Source: Callorhinchus milii (taxonomy: Eukaryota). From it: a stretch of 64,000 nt of DNA. The notes under the pieces are model-generated. The model searched no databases. It saw only the letters and a list, made by a program, of their open reading frames with translations, and was not told where the DNA came from. A program made the translations under genes and the position numbers. The stretch spans positions 82,090,001-82,154,000 of the forward strand of contig NW_024704743.1 of assembly GCF_018977255.1 (NCBI RefSeq). The letters run 5' to 3'. Positions 34,154 to 48,403 of the stretch are shown one piece after another (the first letter of the stretch is position 1; the number at the start of each line of letters is the position of its first letter).

Positions 34154-37104
34154 CAAATAGTTGAAGGTAGAGAGGAGTGGGTAAATACCTTGGAAACAGG
34201 ATACAGATCAGTTGATGGATGCCTAGGAGTGGAAGTGAGAATGAAAAGCAGATTGGTCTGATTCTTAGTCACTCGGCTGTTTTCTCCCCCCACACCACCT
34301 CCTCACAAGTTTCTGCTTACAAAAAGTTGGCAAGTTTAATACATTATTTCCATGTAATATTCAATGACCATATGGCCTGGATTCTGTTCTAAGTAGATGG
34401 TGGGGGAAGGAGACTATGCCGTCAGGACCCCCACTACAGTCTGTTTTCAACATGTTCCATTATGGACAGATGTGAATATTTAAACATTCCCCCTCCAGCT
34501 GACTCCTGGCAGAATGACAGCTAGTTTTCATTGTCATCACCAATAGTACAGTGAAGGCTGAGCTCAGACCAATCTGGGGTGTATTTTAAGGCAGTTTAAG
34601 ATGTCTCAGGATTCGAATGATGTAATTCATAACCTTGTGGTTTATAGTAGCATTTGAACCCCTTGGCATGTTGCGAATGCATGAAGCACTGCTGCGTTCT
34701 TGTTATCATCTATATAATAATAATAATAATCCTTGGATTTGATATAGCGCCTTATCATGTCAGCGAGACATCTCAAAACGCTTCACAGGATATACTGTAA
34801 AATAGATTGACAAATTCAAATATGATGTCGAGTATGCTCTGTATGCTCCTGATCAGAGGACATCAACTGATGAAGTTTTACATCACAAGACATACTCCCA
34901 ACTCCCAGAGTCCACATCCTTCACAAAGGCATCCCTTGGCAGAGGGAATGTGGCGTTACAGATTGTTACTGATGTGATGGAGGTCACAGCTGCAATGGCA
35001 AATGAGCTAATGACGGAGTATCTCCATAATCAAACTGCAGGTCCGAGACTCTTCCTCACACCATTCAAGCCCAACTAAACGTGATGTTTGGTGAGAGACA
35101 AACCGATACCTGTATCTGGGTCTCTATCACAGGATCCCTGCATTCAGTCGGCCTCCCAGCAGATTGTAAAACAAGCCCAGGTTCCAAATTAGGGTTGAAT
35201 TGAAGACTTTTAAAATTGAAGAGTTTTAAAGCAATATTTGAAGGTTTTGAAGACAGGGAGAGCCTATTCAAAGCAAAGAGATTTTGTGAGAGAGGTACAG
35301 TAAAGATATACAAGCAACTTCAGAGGACCCCCTATGGATGTCAGCAACAATGATTTGATTCTGGATTCTAATTTCAGGCTTCCAATGACCAGTGTAAAAC
35401 TACTCAGCTTTTTGCGCTTACATTTTATGAACTTTATAAATTCCATTAAATAGGTTACAGCCTTCTAATTATTCCCCGTTTCCATTACCCTGTTTTTCGC
35501 AATCATGAAATAATTTCTGAGACTTGATGAAATAGTCTGTATTTTATAAATACTTTACATTTTTTCAATCTTTCTTTCTCTGACGATGTGACATTTGATA
35601 GGGCACCGGACAGAGGTGTTTAGCATTATTTGTTAAGGTGGACATAAATTAGCTGTTTACACTTTTTGGTGAGTCTATAACAAGGGCGTAAATATAATAA
35701 TAATCCTTGCATTTGACATATTACGTAATGCATTATTACGTCTTCGAGACGTCTCAAAGTGCAAGATAGTGAACAGTTCTAAAAATTAGTTTAGGAGGAA
35801 CATCTTTACACAGAAGGTAAAGGAGCCTGTCACTTGAGTGCCGATAATGTGGTTGTGAAAATGCTTGAATGAGAAAACTGCTGAATAGATAACGCCCCAC
35901 GATGATTAAAACATGTCATAATGTAAAGTGATTATCCTCCAGAGAACCCCCATTGATCTGCAAGAGTTCTGCTCTGAGGGCATCTCAGGTGTGAGCTAAG
36001 ACCTCGTGCTTCGGCAAGATACATACTTCACATCTTGATTCTATTCTGCGGTTTGAGCCTCAATACCCCTTTAATACCTACATTAAAAAAGACTTTTATA
36101 ATATTGAAATTGTAAATTATTATATTAGGTCCAATAATTTCTTTTTCAATTGACAAAACTTACAACTTGTAATAATAATAATAATAATAAGTAATTCTCC
36201 AGCGTCATGAATCCATGTTCTTATGAGGACTCTTGGAGACAGGATGACGGTGATCTGTGAAGGGCATTATGGTTTTCTTGAAATGTAAAATAATTCCATC
36301 CAGAAGTGGTTATCACACTGAGATAGTAGTACAGCTTTATTCGGTAATAGATGTTTACCACTGAATCACTAAAACTGCTAACAGAAACTGGATATCATGA
36401 ACTTAAAGCAAACCAAAATACCTCCAAACTATAATAAAGGAAAGTATTATAGCAGAAAAAAAACATCTGCATAACCAGCCCAGCTAATATGCTGAAATCT
36501 ACAGATGGATGCAATTGATTTCTCAGTAAATACATTTCAGTCCAAACACAAAAGTGGATTTTTTGTTGGCAAATCTATATGAATCAGCACACAGTGCAGC
36601 TTTTATTTTTTGTTCTTTTTTTACGATGTTGGCAAGCAACTTCCAAAAGGTCAGGATAAAAGAGACACTGCTTCATTATGCATTGTTAGATCACTGTTGG
36701 AAGGCTGTTAACTTGTATATTCACTCAGATCAATTTGTTGCCAATTTTCAATGGAGAGACATACTGCATGGGATCTACATTGCACAAATTGGGCTCCTTC
36801 TGGCAACCAGAAAGTCGTACTGACCTCTGGGAAATTCACTCTGATGCAATCTCTTTACAAAAGCGGAGATCCCACAATCAATGGGAATTCTAATGAGATT
36901 GTTTATGAAAGATGCCTGTTAAAATAAATAACATGTTATAGGCCTCCATGGTTAAACGCCAGTTTCCATATGAGAATACATCAGGCGCAGATATATTGTG
37001 TACACTCATCATCCTCATGTTCTCATTCTGGAAATAAGTTGAGTGTATGCCTATTCATTGGCTTCAATGCTGTATTCAACCTTTATTTAAAAGTACTGAA
37101 CAGA

Positions 37105-37310
37105 TAATAATAATAATAATATTAATAATAATAATGATAATAATCCTTGAATTTAATATAATGCCTGATCACGTCTTTGAGACATCTCAAAGCGCTTCAC
37201 AAAATCTACTGTTGAGTGAATTGACTGTATATTTTGTGGGCGAAACGCAGCAGCCAGTTGCGCACAGCAGTGTACCACAAAGAATCATGGATTGAGTGAC
37301 CAACTTATTA
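37105..37310 (-). mobile_element. SINE 3' half with extended (TAA)n
   Basis: Reverse tail and body. Confidence 0.8.
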
Positions 37311-37379
37311 TTAGATAACTGAACAGAAGCCTATCATATGTTACCCAGCGTAGTACATAGGTATGGAAGTATAGGGCAC

Positions 37380-37530
37380 AAGGATTTGGACCGAGCAGGA
37401 GGTTGGGATCAGGAAGACTGGAAGGCAGGGAGGATAGGGTAGGAGGGTGGCCGAAGGCACAGTTGAAGAGGAAGGTCTTGAGTCATGCCTTCAAGGAGGC
37501 AAGGGAGGGAGTTCCAAAGGGTGGGGGCAC
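37380..37530 (-). mobile_element. L2 3' fragment
   Basis: Purine-rich reverse 3' region including 'gaagaggaaggtcttgag'. Confidence 0.75.
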
Positions 37531-37811
37531 CCCAGAACTATAAAGTGATAGCTAAGCTGGTATCCAGAGAGAAGTCAAAGAAAAATGTCCAAATACGAGG
37601 TTTCTAATGTCATTACAAAAGGATTTTTTAACTCTTAATCTTACAAATATACTTCTACATCATTTTATCTCAAGGATCCAAGATCGTGGAACATCATATC
37701 CGTGGGGCTCCATTGCTTCCTTCCTCAGATCTAATCTGTTCCTGCAATCTACCTTATTATTGCGATAAGCATTGCTTCTTAATTTTTCTTATCTTCTCAA
37801 CTATTTAACAT

Positions 37812-39268
37812 TACACAACTCCCTCCACTCCCTCCTCGAGCTCCTGCAGTCTGGTTTTCACCCTGCCAACAGCACAGAGACAGCGTTTGTCAAAGTCAAA
37901 AATAATGTCCTCTCTATCTGCGACCATGGCTCCCTCTGCCTCCAGGATCTCTGTGCCGTGTTCAACACAGTCAACCACGACATCCTCCTCCAACGCCTCT
38001 CCTCCCTCATCCACCTTAGTGTGACAGCACTTGCATGGTTTGAGTCCTACTTAACCAACCGCTTCCATTTCATCTCGGCAAATGGTGTCTCCTCCCGCCC
38101 CCGCCCGGTCACCTGTGGAGTACCCCAGGCCCAGGACTCCATCCTTAGCCCTCTTCTTTTCCTTATCTATATGTTCCCTCTGGGCGATGTCATCCGCAGA
38201 CACGGGGTAAACTTCCATATGTATGCGGATGACACACAAATCTAATTTGCCTCCTCCAGTTCCAACTCCAGGTCCACCAATGTTCTATCAGCTTGTCTGG
38301 CAGACATCAGGGCCTGGATGAGTGCAAACTTCCTGCAGCTGAATGTGGAAAAGACGGAAACCGTACTCCTTGGATCCCGTCAACGTCTTCACTCCTGAAG
38401 ATCTGACCTCCTCAACCTCCCTGGCCTCTCCCTCACACTCAACAAACCAGTGCGAAATCTAGGCATCCGTTTTGACCCCCAGCTGTCCTTCTTCCCCACA
38501 TCCAGTCCCTGACCAGGACCACCTTCTTCCACCTCCACCACATTGCGCGCATCCGACCGTACCTTATCTCAAATGCTGTCGAATCCCTCGTGCATGCATT
38601 TGTCACCTCCCGCTTGGATTACTTCAACGTACTTCTCGCCGCTCTCCCCAGCTTCACTATTCAAAAGATCCAGATCATTCAGAACTCTGCTGCCCGCACA
38701 CTGACCTGGACCAAACTCCGTACCCACATCTCACCTCCTATATATAAGCATATCAACCATCATGGATGAGAATATCAAAACACCATAGGACTGTGAATTA
38801 ATGTGCTGTACTCCCTCCACACCCCCATCACACCAGTTCTGGCCAGGCTCCACTGGCTCCCTGTCACCGAACGGATCGACTTCAAAATCCTCACACTTGT
38901 GTTCAAATCTATTCACTCCCTGGCACCTCCCTACCTCCCCGACCTCCTCACTCCCCAATTCACCACCCAACACCTCCGCTCGAATGGCACCGGCCTCCTA
39001 CTTCTCCCTCGTACCCTCTGCTCTACCATCGGATGTCGCGCTTTCAGCCACTACGCCCCGAAACTCGGGAACACTCTCCCTCAATTCCTCCCCTTGCCCC
39101 TCCTTCCCATTCTTCAAGTCCTGCCTGAAAATCTTTCTCTTCAACCGTACTTACGGCCACCCCTTCCCCCCACTCCACCCCCGGCTCGGATACAGGCTCC
39201 ACCACCGTTAAGAGCTCTGAGACCCTACCCTGCATGAAGAGCACTATATAAGTGCAAGTTGTTGTTGA
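37812..39268 (+). mobile_element. L2 LINE subfamily B, 5'-truncated
   Basis: QSGFHPANSTETA, YADDTQI, LHWLPVTERIDFK; distinct tail 'ctctgagaccctaccctgcatgaagagcactatataagtgcaag(ttg)n'. Confidence 0.95.
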
Positions 39269-39594
39269 TTATTATTCTTCCCATAGTTGAGTGTTATCTG
39301 GCTCATGGGACTTGGCCCAGCTCAACAATAAAAAGAACAGTTGTGGGAGTATAAATTATTTTGAAGATTCAGCTATGAATGATTATTGTGGTAAGTGAGG
39401 CACCCTTCCATTCATTGTTGTAGTGGTTTATGACAAGCAACAATTCTTTTTAGGAGCAATGCAGGCATTCAAGATGTTTATTCAAAACATTGAATTATCC
39501 ACTAATCTTATGGGCTCTTAAGCAGGAACGGAATAACACATTTTTATATTTCATCTGGGATTATGGAATATTTGTGTGTTAATATGTCTGTTAA

Positions 39595-40030
39595 CTACAA
39601 CAGCAACAACATTAGGGCGATTGGGGCAGGGGACGTGGAGCAGACCGGAGCTGGAGGAATGGAGGGTACGGGCAGGTAGGTAGGGGGATAGTAGGTCGGA
39701 GAGGTAGGAGGGGGCAAGGCCGTGAATGGCCTTGTAGGTGAGGATGAGGATCTTGAATTCGATCCTCTGGGGGATGGGGAGCCAGTGGAGGCGAGCGAGG
39801 GTGGGAGTGATGTGGTCCCGAAGCCTGGTGCGGGACAGTACATGAGCTGCAGAGTTCTGGATGACCTGCAGCTTGTGGAGGGAGGTGGCGGGAAGGCCGG
39901 CGAGGAGAGAGTTCCCATAGTCCAGCCTTGAGGTGACAAAGGCGTGAACCAGGGTTTCAGCAGCGTGAGGGGTGAGGTAATGGCATAGTCTGGCGATGTT
40001 CCGGAGGTGATGGAAGGCGGTGCCAGTTGT
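39595..40030 (-). mobile_element. Young L2 internal fragment
   Basis: Near-identical to ~32375-32790. Confidence 0.92.
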
Positions 40031-41529
40031 ATATTGAACTATAACTATATTGAAGTATTTGTTGTAATTGTCTATATAAACTTGATTAAACCTTATATAA
40101 TAATGAATGGCAAGGTGTGTCTATATCAATTAAGTTTCTGCACCAATGATTGTTTTAGTACTCAGCTTCACCTCATGCATGGTAAAACCTCCAAAAAACG
40201 CCCTCCTGGTAATTCAATACTGTCTACATTTTGTCAATTCCATTTCAAAGACACCTTGGAGTATACAGTACCTCTTTCTTAAATATATTTTGACAGGGGA
40301 TTCCCATAGTCCCGCCTAAGATTGAAGGCTTGTTTACAATGGATGCTGCCCATGTGCCACTGGGAGTTATAGAGCAGGAGACTAAACAGATTCAGCACGT
40401 CTAAACAAGGCACAATCTTTGATAGTTCAAGTTGCCTCATTGATACGGTACAGTGAGGGGATCTAAACTCTCGGGAACTGGTGCATTTAATTGGAATGGA
40501 ATTTTATTACAAGTGACTTTTACTTTGAGTAGGAGCTTATGGCATGAATTACACATGCAACACATGTAATGGAAGTTCTAGGTCAAGTACTAGATGTTTA
40601 TTCTTATTAGTCTGAAATGCTGTGCTCTGTCCAGTGCTTTGGGACGTCCTCCCGAAGTGAAAGGCGCTATACAAATGTAATCTTCTTGTTGTTGTTATTC
40701 TATATGCAATAACTAAAAATGTATGGGATGCCAAGTGCTCACAATTTACTCTCTGTGCTATTACCTTATTTTAATATCTTGAATTACTACTTTGAACACA
40801 TTTTCCATTGGAACAAGTAAAATAACTAATGATTGATTGAACTTTTATTTGGGTCTATATTGGTTGAGCAATCATACTCTCGTGTGATGTTTTTCTAACC
40901 TTTAAATATATGGAAGCAACGTATGGTGTGCAACAAAGCAGCCATGGTCAGACTGCCCATTCACACCCACTGTTAAATATGAGAACATCACATATTCAGA
41001 CGCTTGCAAGGAACCCAGATCACACGTTGGGATGTCCTCCCAATGTGAAAGGCTCTATACAAATATAATTTTGTATTATATTGTATCACTGGCCTTTGAC
41101 TGCTGGTGACATTTGTAACATCTAAAAATGCCCATGACCAGAAGTAAAAATTATTACCTGTAGATAGATACTTGGGAAGTAGAGGAATTAACCTATACTA
41201 ACTTCTGCATTTGATATCCTGCCTTTCACGTGGGAGAACATTTCACAACACACTTCACTATACTGTAAACTGAAATAACTATATTTTTGTGCAGGAACAC
41301 TTAAAAAGGGTATTAAATCCCTAATAAAGGTGTTTAGATATATAGATAAAAGGCTGGGAAATAGGATTAAAAAAGCTGACATGATGTAATTATGTGGTTG
41401 AACAGATGTAAATATTATACTCTTCTGATTATGTTCCTATCTTCTCTAGTTGGTCCTTCTACCTATGGCCGACTAGTGACTATCCTTCTTAGAGCAAGGT
41501 CTCCTTGGAACTGAATTGGCCTTCTTCTT

Positions 41530-41643
41530 TGGTTAGTGTAAGGGAGAGCCCCGGGAGGTTGAGGAGTTCAGATCTGCTGGAGTGAAGACGTTGACGGAAG
41601 CCAAGGAGTATGGTTTCCGTCTTGTCCACATTCAGCTGCAGGA
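41530..41643 (-). mobile_element. L2 subfamily B fragment
   Basis: Reverse complement of the ~38330-38445 segment. Confidence 0.8.
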
Positions 41644-42197
41644 CTTTTGCACTCATCCAGGCCTGTTGTCTGCCACACTGTTTCCAGGAGATTTAATTAT
41701 CCTTGCCTATATTTGCTGGGCCATTTTTGCCTACAAACTACACATCCACTACATTACACAATCCCTTTCCAAATGAGAAATTCACCCAATCTCATTTAGA
41801 AGGTCTTAATCTACATATCTGCTACTCTTTGAGAAAAGCAGTTTTACTGTACCTGCAGCTTTCCAATGTTGCCTTCTATCATAGTTCAAGGTAAGCGGCA
41901 TTGCTTTACAGTAGCTTTGGAACCTTGCCCATTAACAAACAGCTTTTGCTGTCCTAATCTCTCTGAGACGCTACCCTGCATGGAGGGCACTATATATGTG
42001 CAAGTTGTTGTTGTTGCTGCCATCTAGATCATTTGCCATCTAGAAATGTGCCACAGATTTGCTCGGTCTTAATCTTTTTTAAAAAAACTGAATCTAAGAT
42101 TTCTTCTAGTCTTAGTCTGAAAGACAATTTATTTTAAAACTTAAGTTGCACGAAATTGTGAGAAATTCATAAATTCTGGCAATGGAATGTCAGAACC

Positions 42198-42355
42198 TAG
42201 TCAACCTCTGTGACGGTCTCAATCATCCAGTTCTCAAGCCAGGTGGCTCCACAGGATCCCAAGACTCCGCTGATGGCAGACCAGCCACCTTAACTCAATT
42301 GGCAGGACTTGGAGGTGCAGACTGGAAGCAGGGATTCTTCCCCATTTAGCTCCTT
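42198..42355 (+). mobile_element. RTE-like LINE fragment
   Basis: 'caacctctgtgacggtctca...gcagggattcttcccca' aligns with the reverse complement of ~20380-20520. Confidence 0.5.
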
Positions 42356-42559
42356 CCCTTTGTCTCTCCCTTGGTTTCTGCAGAATATACAGTCACCTCG
42401 CTTTAAGTAAATCGTGTAAAACACTTTGAGATGCCCTACTGGCTTGGTATATCAAATATGAGGTTAATTTATTATTTACATGAATATTGATATTGTCCGT
42501 AACACACTCCTGAGAATTTTCTGCACTTCTGATGTTAGAATAATTCACTTGATTCATAT

Positions 42560-43330
42560 CTCACTCCCTTCTCTCTACATCAGGATTACACAAGGCGTTC
42601 TCCATTCTTCAGATACAATTCTGGTATTTATGGAGCTCAGCTGCAAATATTAACCAGAACCTTACTTATTTCCTGACTCATTTCCTTATGGATTCTGTGG
42701 TGTATTCCATCTGGGTCAAGATCTGTAGGCATTTAGCGCTTTGTATTTTTTTTCTTAAAACGTGCTTAACATGTGTTATAGATTTCTGATCCAGTTTAAC
42801 TGGATCTGGAATTTGTCCACAATCTTCAGTAGTGAAGTCCGATGTGAAGAATTAATTTAACACATCTGCGATTTCCTGATCTCTACATGAAATTTTTACC
42901 AAACTTACCCCTTAAAGGAACTTTAGCACTTCATATACTTTGTACATCGTTGAACCATTCCCTTTGATAAATCTGTTGCTGCCACCAAACTCTTGATACA
43001 CTTCTCTCTTATCCTGTCAAACACTAATTTTAGTTATCCTCAGTTAGCTATTGTATGTGATTCCTTATATCTTTTATAGTAGCTCACCATAGTCTTTATG
43101 GGGTGTAACATTATGATGTGTGCCAAAAATTCCACCTTATTGATAACTATATACATTGATTGGTCTACAGATTTAGTCATCTACCTGATGTCTGGAACAA
43201 TGGTTGGGCCTGAAGCCAATTTGGGAACACTTAATGGGATATCAGCTTTACTTTGAATTTTCTGCTGACTTAAGCTAGTATCCTTCTAACTGCAAATGTG
43301 CTAAATACGATGTCACACCTAAGGATCACT
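42560..43330 (-). mobile_element. Highly degraded CR1 ORF2 fragment
   Basis: Minus-strand DQEIADVLN*FFTSDFT resembles CR1 AEVLNxFFxSVFT. Confidence 0.55.
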
Positions 43331-43477
43331 GGAGATGTGTTTAGATATTAACATGGTGAAATTTTCAATTCTTACTTCAGCACATCATTCATTGTTATTT
43401 TCAGCCCACTGTTATTTGACCACTTTACATTAATGACTCACTGAGGACAATGGCACAACCAACTCCATGATAGCAGA

Positions 43478-43650
43478 TGTCAGTCTGACTCAGTTGATTG
43501 CACTCTCGCCTCTGAGTCAGAAGTTTGTAGATTCAAGCCCCAAGTTGGGATTTTGAGCTTACTGTCCAGCCTGGTACTGCAGTGCAGTGTTGGGGAAGCC
43601 CTGCATTGGATGTATCAAAAACTATATCAAATGCAAGAGAATTGTAATAT
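43478..43650 (+). mobile_element. Deu-domain SINE head fused to a tail
   Basis: 'gtcagtctgactcagttgattgcactctcgcctctgagtcagaag'. Confidence 0.75.
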
Positions 43651-44139
43651 TATTAAGGTGCGGTGACTATGGAAGGACCAGGCTTAGAAAGATTAATGTA
43701 GGATATAAGATAGACAGAAACGTTAGTGTTTTTCCGGATTTATCATTGTGGGGTTGAGGAGAAAGCCACACACACTACAAAGGATGAAACTTTCCAAACC
43801 CTTTTTCAGAAGATTATAATAATCCTTGTATTTGATACAGGGCCTTATCACATGTTGAGACATCTCAAAGCGCTTCACTGATATACTATAAAGTGAATTG
43901 ACTGTGTATTTTGTGGGCAAATATACTGTAAACAAGTTGGAAAGAATAAACAATCAGAGCAGACTATGGCCTGTCCAAGGAACTAATGGCCTTGATGTGG
44001 CACATGCCTTCTAATGTTCAAATGGGTTTCCCAAATGGCAGACACTTGGCTGTGCAAAAAAAAGATAAAAAATATGTTTAGAATGTGTACAGCATCCAGA
44101 ATTGACCAACATTCCTCCAGCATTAAACTACAATCAAAA

Positions 44140-44575
44140 CCAAGTTGGGAGGGATTCTTCTCTCGCACCTCCTGGTAACCCTGCAAGTCAAAGCTCTAAT
44201 GGATAGGGTCATGTAAGCTGGTCCTAGTTGGACAAGCTGTGAGAAGCTTGCCATCAGTGGTTTTCACAGCAAGCTATGCGGTTTCAGCTGTTTAAACTCC
44301 AGCAGTACATCAATACCTACTCTGGGGTCCCCAAACCTTGGCTCTTGGCAATCTAATACTCTCTGGAATTAGGTAAGCAAGATGCATCCCTCTGGGGATA
44401 GAGTACATATTCCATTCCAGACCAGAACAACTTGGATTTATTTCACGCTCTCGGGTATTGTCTCAGAACTTTTAGCCAGAGGAAGTCCCATGTATAATTT
44501 GCAGGTATGTAACTCTGAGTCTGGTTTGGACACTCAAGCATGGTGATGGGTTTCTGCATATGTCAGATACTCGAT
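44140..44575 (+). mobile_element. RTE-like LINE 3' fragment
   Basis: Collinear with 58163-58815 and with the reverse complement of 20010-20400. Confidence 0.65.
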
Positions 44576-45960
44576 AAAAAAACAGTGTTTTGGTACATAT
44601 ATAGGCAAAGTACATCTTGATCAAATCATAATAACAATGAAGACTCCTCATGCAATGTTGAGGCAGTTCCTTGATCTCAGGAACTCTCTTCTAAAAAATC
44701 ACTTTGCCTTCCCACATCTCTCCCTGCATTCAAAAGATACTTAAAGACCTACCTCTTCAACCACGTCTACCATTGCTCCTCCATTTCACCCACTACTCCC
44801 TGGTGTCTACAAGTCACAGTGTGAGGAACTTTGAGACATGCTTTTGACTGAAGATGCAAGTTATCATTGTTGTTGAATTGAATATTACAATATTCATAGA
44901 CATCTGTTGCCACAAGAAATAAAAACTGTTAATAAAGGAGAGTAATGTATATGAAAGCGCCCTGCATTAGTCACTGTGTCACTAAGAGACAGGATGTGAA
45001 TTTCTTCTTGTATTTTCCCATGAAACGAGTTCCAATGCTCAGCTGGCAGCCACCTGCTGATGCACCAAACAGAACAGAAGAGATTCCCTCGAGGAAAAAA
45101 AGAATAGGAAATTCAGTCCCTTCATGTATCTCTTTGGCAATCAATTTAAGAACCAGTCCCAGACATGTCTGAATTTGGGGAATCTTTAACCTTATTTCCT
45201 TATTTTCTCTTCCTCTGGCCCTTGATGTCAAGTTCCCAGATCACACACGAGTGAGACAATCCATTTCATCTGTTCATGCATCATTGGTCTGATAAAAAAT
45301 GTGCTTAATCAAAAGAGCCTGTCCCCATCAGCCAGGTTTCCCTTTTCTCCATCTCCCTACAAAGGATTCACAGACGACGGCAGCAAGAACCTTGCCACCA
45401 GGGGACCAGAGTACAATTAGTAATCAAACCTAAAATTGGAACTCAGCAGGTGTTCCAAGCAGAAGTCTAAAGCTCTACTGCAATAGTTGCCAAGAGATCC
45501 TGTCTTTTTGCCTAAAAATGTCCTTAATTCTCTATTCCATTTTTCCACATTATTCCCAAGATTGATTAATATTGTAAATGATCCAAAATAATAATTGTGG
45601 GTCCTTAGACCCCCATTGAGAGCTTGCAGCTGTGCAAAATACAAAGCGGGCATCATCTGGGAGCAGCTTAATGAAGCACATGGCTTCAGTTTTAATAACC
45701 CTGTAAATGATAAAACAGAGCAGGGTCTGAATGATATCTAATGTGGAATTACTGGAGTCCTCTCTATATTCTCTCTTACGCTGTTTACCAGCCAACTCTT
45801 TTTTTCAAAACACACCAAATAACTAGTTTTCTCTGATGTGTTTTAAGACCCCAAACATGACACCTGGCATTTTCAATAAACAACATGCCAGCAACTTTAA
45901 CTACCTGCTTCTCTGAAGTAAAAGGCTATGAGGCTGCAGAAACACAAGCCTCCCGAAACA

Positions 45961-46350
45961 AATAATAATAATCCTTACATTTGATATAGCGCATTATTCA
46001 CGTCACTTTTACTGTGTATCTGTAGGCAAATGCCGCAGCCAATTTGCTCTCAGCATTGTCCCTCAAGCAGCTATGAAGTGAATGACCAATTTTATCTGGG
46101 AGATTGCCAACCAGGACACTACCTTTCTCTTTTCGATTAGTGCCATGCAACCACCTAAGCAGTCAGGTAGGACCTCAACTTAACATCTCATCCATCCAAA
46201 GGACGGCACTTCCAACCATCCAGCACACCCCCAGCACTTCATTGGATTGTCAGCCTAGACCGTGAGTTACGAGTTCCGACATGAGATTTGAACCCACAAC
46301 CTTCTGACTCAGAGGTGAGAGTGCTGATCAACCGAGCAAGCCAGGCTGAC
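45961..46350 (-). mobile_element. Deu-domain SINE, near full length
   Basis: Reverse tail at left; reverse head 'ccttctgactcagaggtgagagtgc...ccaggctgac' at right. Confidence 0.85.
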
Positions 46351-46572
46351 ACCAAGTGATTGCAGACAAGGTACAAATCTTATTGAGTTTTAAATTAAAA
46401 AGAAATAAAGTATGTCCCTAAATCATTTCAAGTGCAGAGGTTTCAACTTACCCATGGCCTTGTACAGCTTTAGCGCTTAAGTATTTCATGACTGCTGAGG
46501 AATTCATCCAATCAGTAGGAATATCACCTCAACAGCTTCAAAACTTGTCATTGTATTGGTATGACTATTGGC

Positions 46573-47043
46573 CTCACCTACAAGGCCATTCACGGCCTTG
46601 CTCCCTCCTACCTCTCCAACCTACTATCCCCCTACCTACCTGCCCGTACCCTCCGTTCCTCTGGCTCCGGTCTGCTCCACGTCCCCCGCCCCAACCGCCC
46701 TACTATCGGTGGTCGGGCCTTCAGCCTCTCAGCCCCAGGCTCTGGAACTCTATCCCCCAGTGCCTTCGCCTTGCTTCCTCCCTTTCCTCCTTCAAGGCCG
46801 GTCTCAAAACCTTTCTCTTTGACCGTGCCTTCAGCTCCCCTCTCGACTCTCTTCCTCCTCCTCGCTCCCTCCCTTCCCTCCCCTCACCCTGACCATTTCC
46901 CCCCTCCTCTCTCCCTCCCTTCCCTCCCCTCACCCTGACCATTTCCCCCCTGCTCGGGTCATGACCCAACTGTGCAGCGCCTTGGGACGTCCTCCTGACG
47001 TGAAAGGCGCTCTATAAATGGAATCTTGTTGTTGTTGTTGTTT
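46573..47043 (+). mobile_element. Young L2 3' end with an internal ~45-bp tandem duplication
   Basis: [14 protein letters not shown]; 'ctccctcccttccctcccctcaccctgaccatttcccccc' occurs twice; stem-loop tail and (TTG)n. Confidence 0.95.
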
Positions 47044-48403
47044 TGTGCTCAGGCTGCTTTAGAGCAACTATATAGCAAATAAAGTTTAGAAATAACTGAA
47101 TGTCAATTTCTTTACCATGTAATATGATTTTGCTCGTGCTACTGTCAGGCTGTTGCTGTTGTAATAGCTGAGTACAAGCACCATTAGTTACATAGCTTGG
47201 CTACAATCCTAAATGCTGTCTAGGTTTGTAATCAAACCTAAAGCATCTGGTCACAGATGTGCAGCTTTGCAGTTCAGCTGTGGACAGAATGACAGACAGA
47301 ATCTGTCGTTTGTTTATAAGGTGCTTATTAATAAGTGGTGAAAACAAATTCTTTATGTTAATCTTTTTCAGCTGCTACAAGTTAACACAGATTTTCCACT
47401 TGGTACTAGCATCTTAGCATTATTTGTCAGTGAAAGATGGTGTTTTACTCCGACGAGCAACTGCATCAAACAAACAACACCTTCATATCTCCCTCTGTAA
47501 ACTGGATTCTTTCTGGTCGTTATTTTACCTGAAAGCCATTTGAGATCCCATTGAAGAGGGATTGTGGCATTACATACAATACATATTTATATAGTGCCTT
47601 TACACTGAGCGTACATTACCCATGCACCTTTTTGTAAGGATAATTATAATGGGATTTGAAAAGAATTTATAAATATTGAATGCTGCTGGTAATCAGATGT
47701 ACATCCCGCTGACTGAAGGAAACGCCGTTCCTATACCATCTTCTTCCAGACAGGTTGGAGAGGAGTTCTCGGGGGTCTGTGTGACAAACATCTGGACACG
47801 AATCAATATTTACAAATCCAACTCCAATCCTGTTGCAAATCCTGTACTTTCAACCCCAGCGAGTTTCTGCTACTCTAATGCAATCACTCTCAAAAACGTA
47901 TTTGCCCCCTTTCAGTCTTCCCATCCCTTCCTTTCCCTTCTCATAGTAACTACAGGCTCTAAATGCTCAGGCTTGACGTTACCTAATCAATAACAGCTTA
48001 CATTTACACAGTACAGTGCTCTTTACCTATGGTAATATCTTGGAGCACTTTACAAAGGATGGGATTGAATGCTGAGCAAGTGAGAGGAGAGAAAGGGAAT
48101 AGGAAGATAGCCATAGGCGCAGTCAAAGAGGTAGGTTTTAAGGTAGGACTTAAAGACAGGTAGAGAGGAGGTGAAAAGAAGGGGTAGAGGGATAGAGTTC
48201 CAGAAATTAGGGTCTAGAAACTGAAGCTAGACCACCGATGGTAACTCAAGAGAGTGCGGGGGCATGCAGCAACCCAAGGACCAGCAAGGAGTGCATTCAA
48301 AAAGTCTAAGTAAAAGGTAACAAGGCATTAATAAATGTTTTGGCAGCATTCTGTGTGAGATAGGGATGGAGGTGGCCAATGTGACAGAGGTGAAGGAAAG
48401 CAT

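Noticed and set aside
46447..46570. Minus-strand donor GG|GTAAGT with a short open frame
   Set aside because: No convincing acceptor and no homology recognised.
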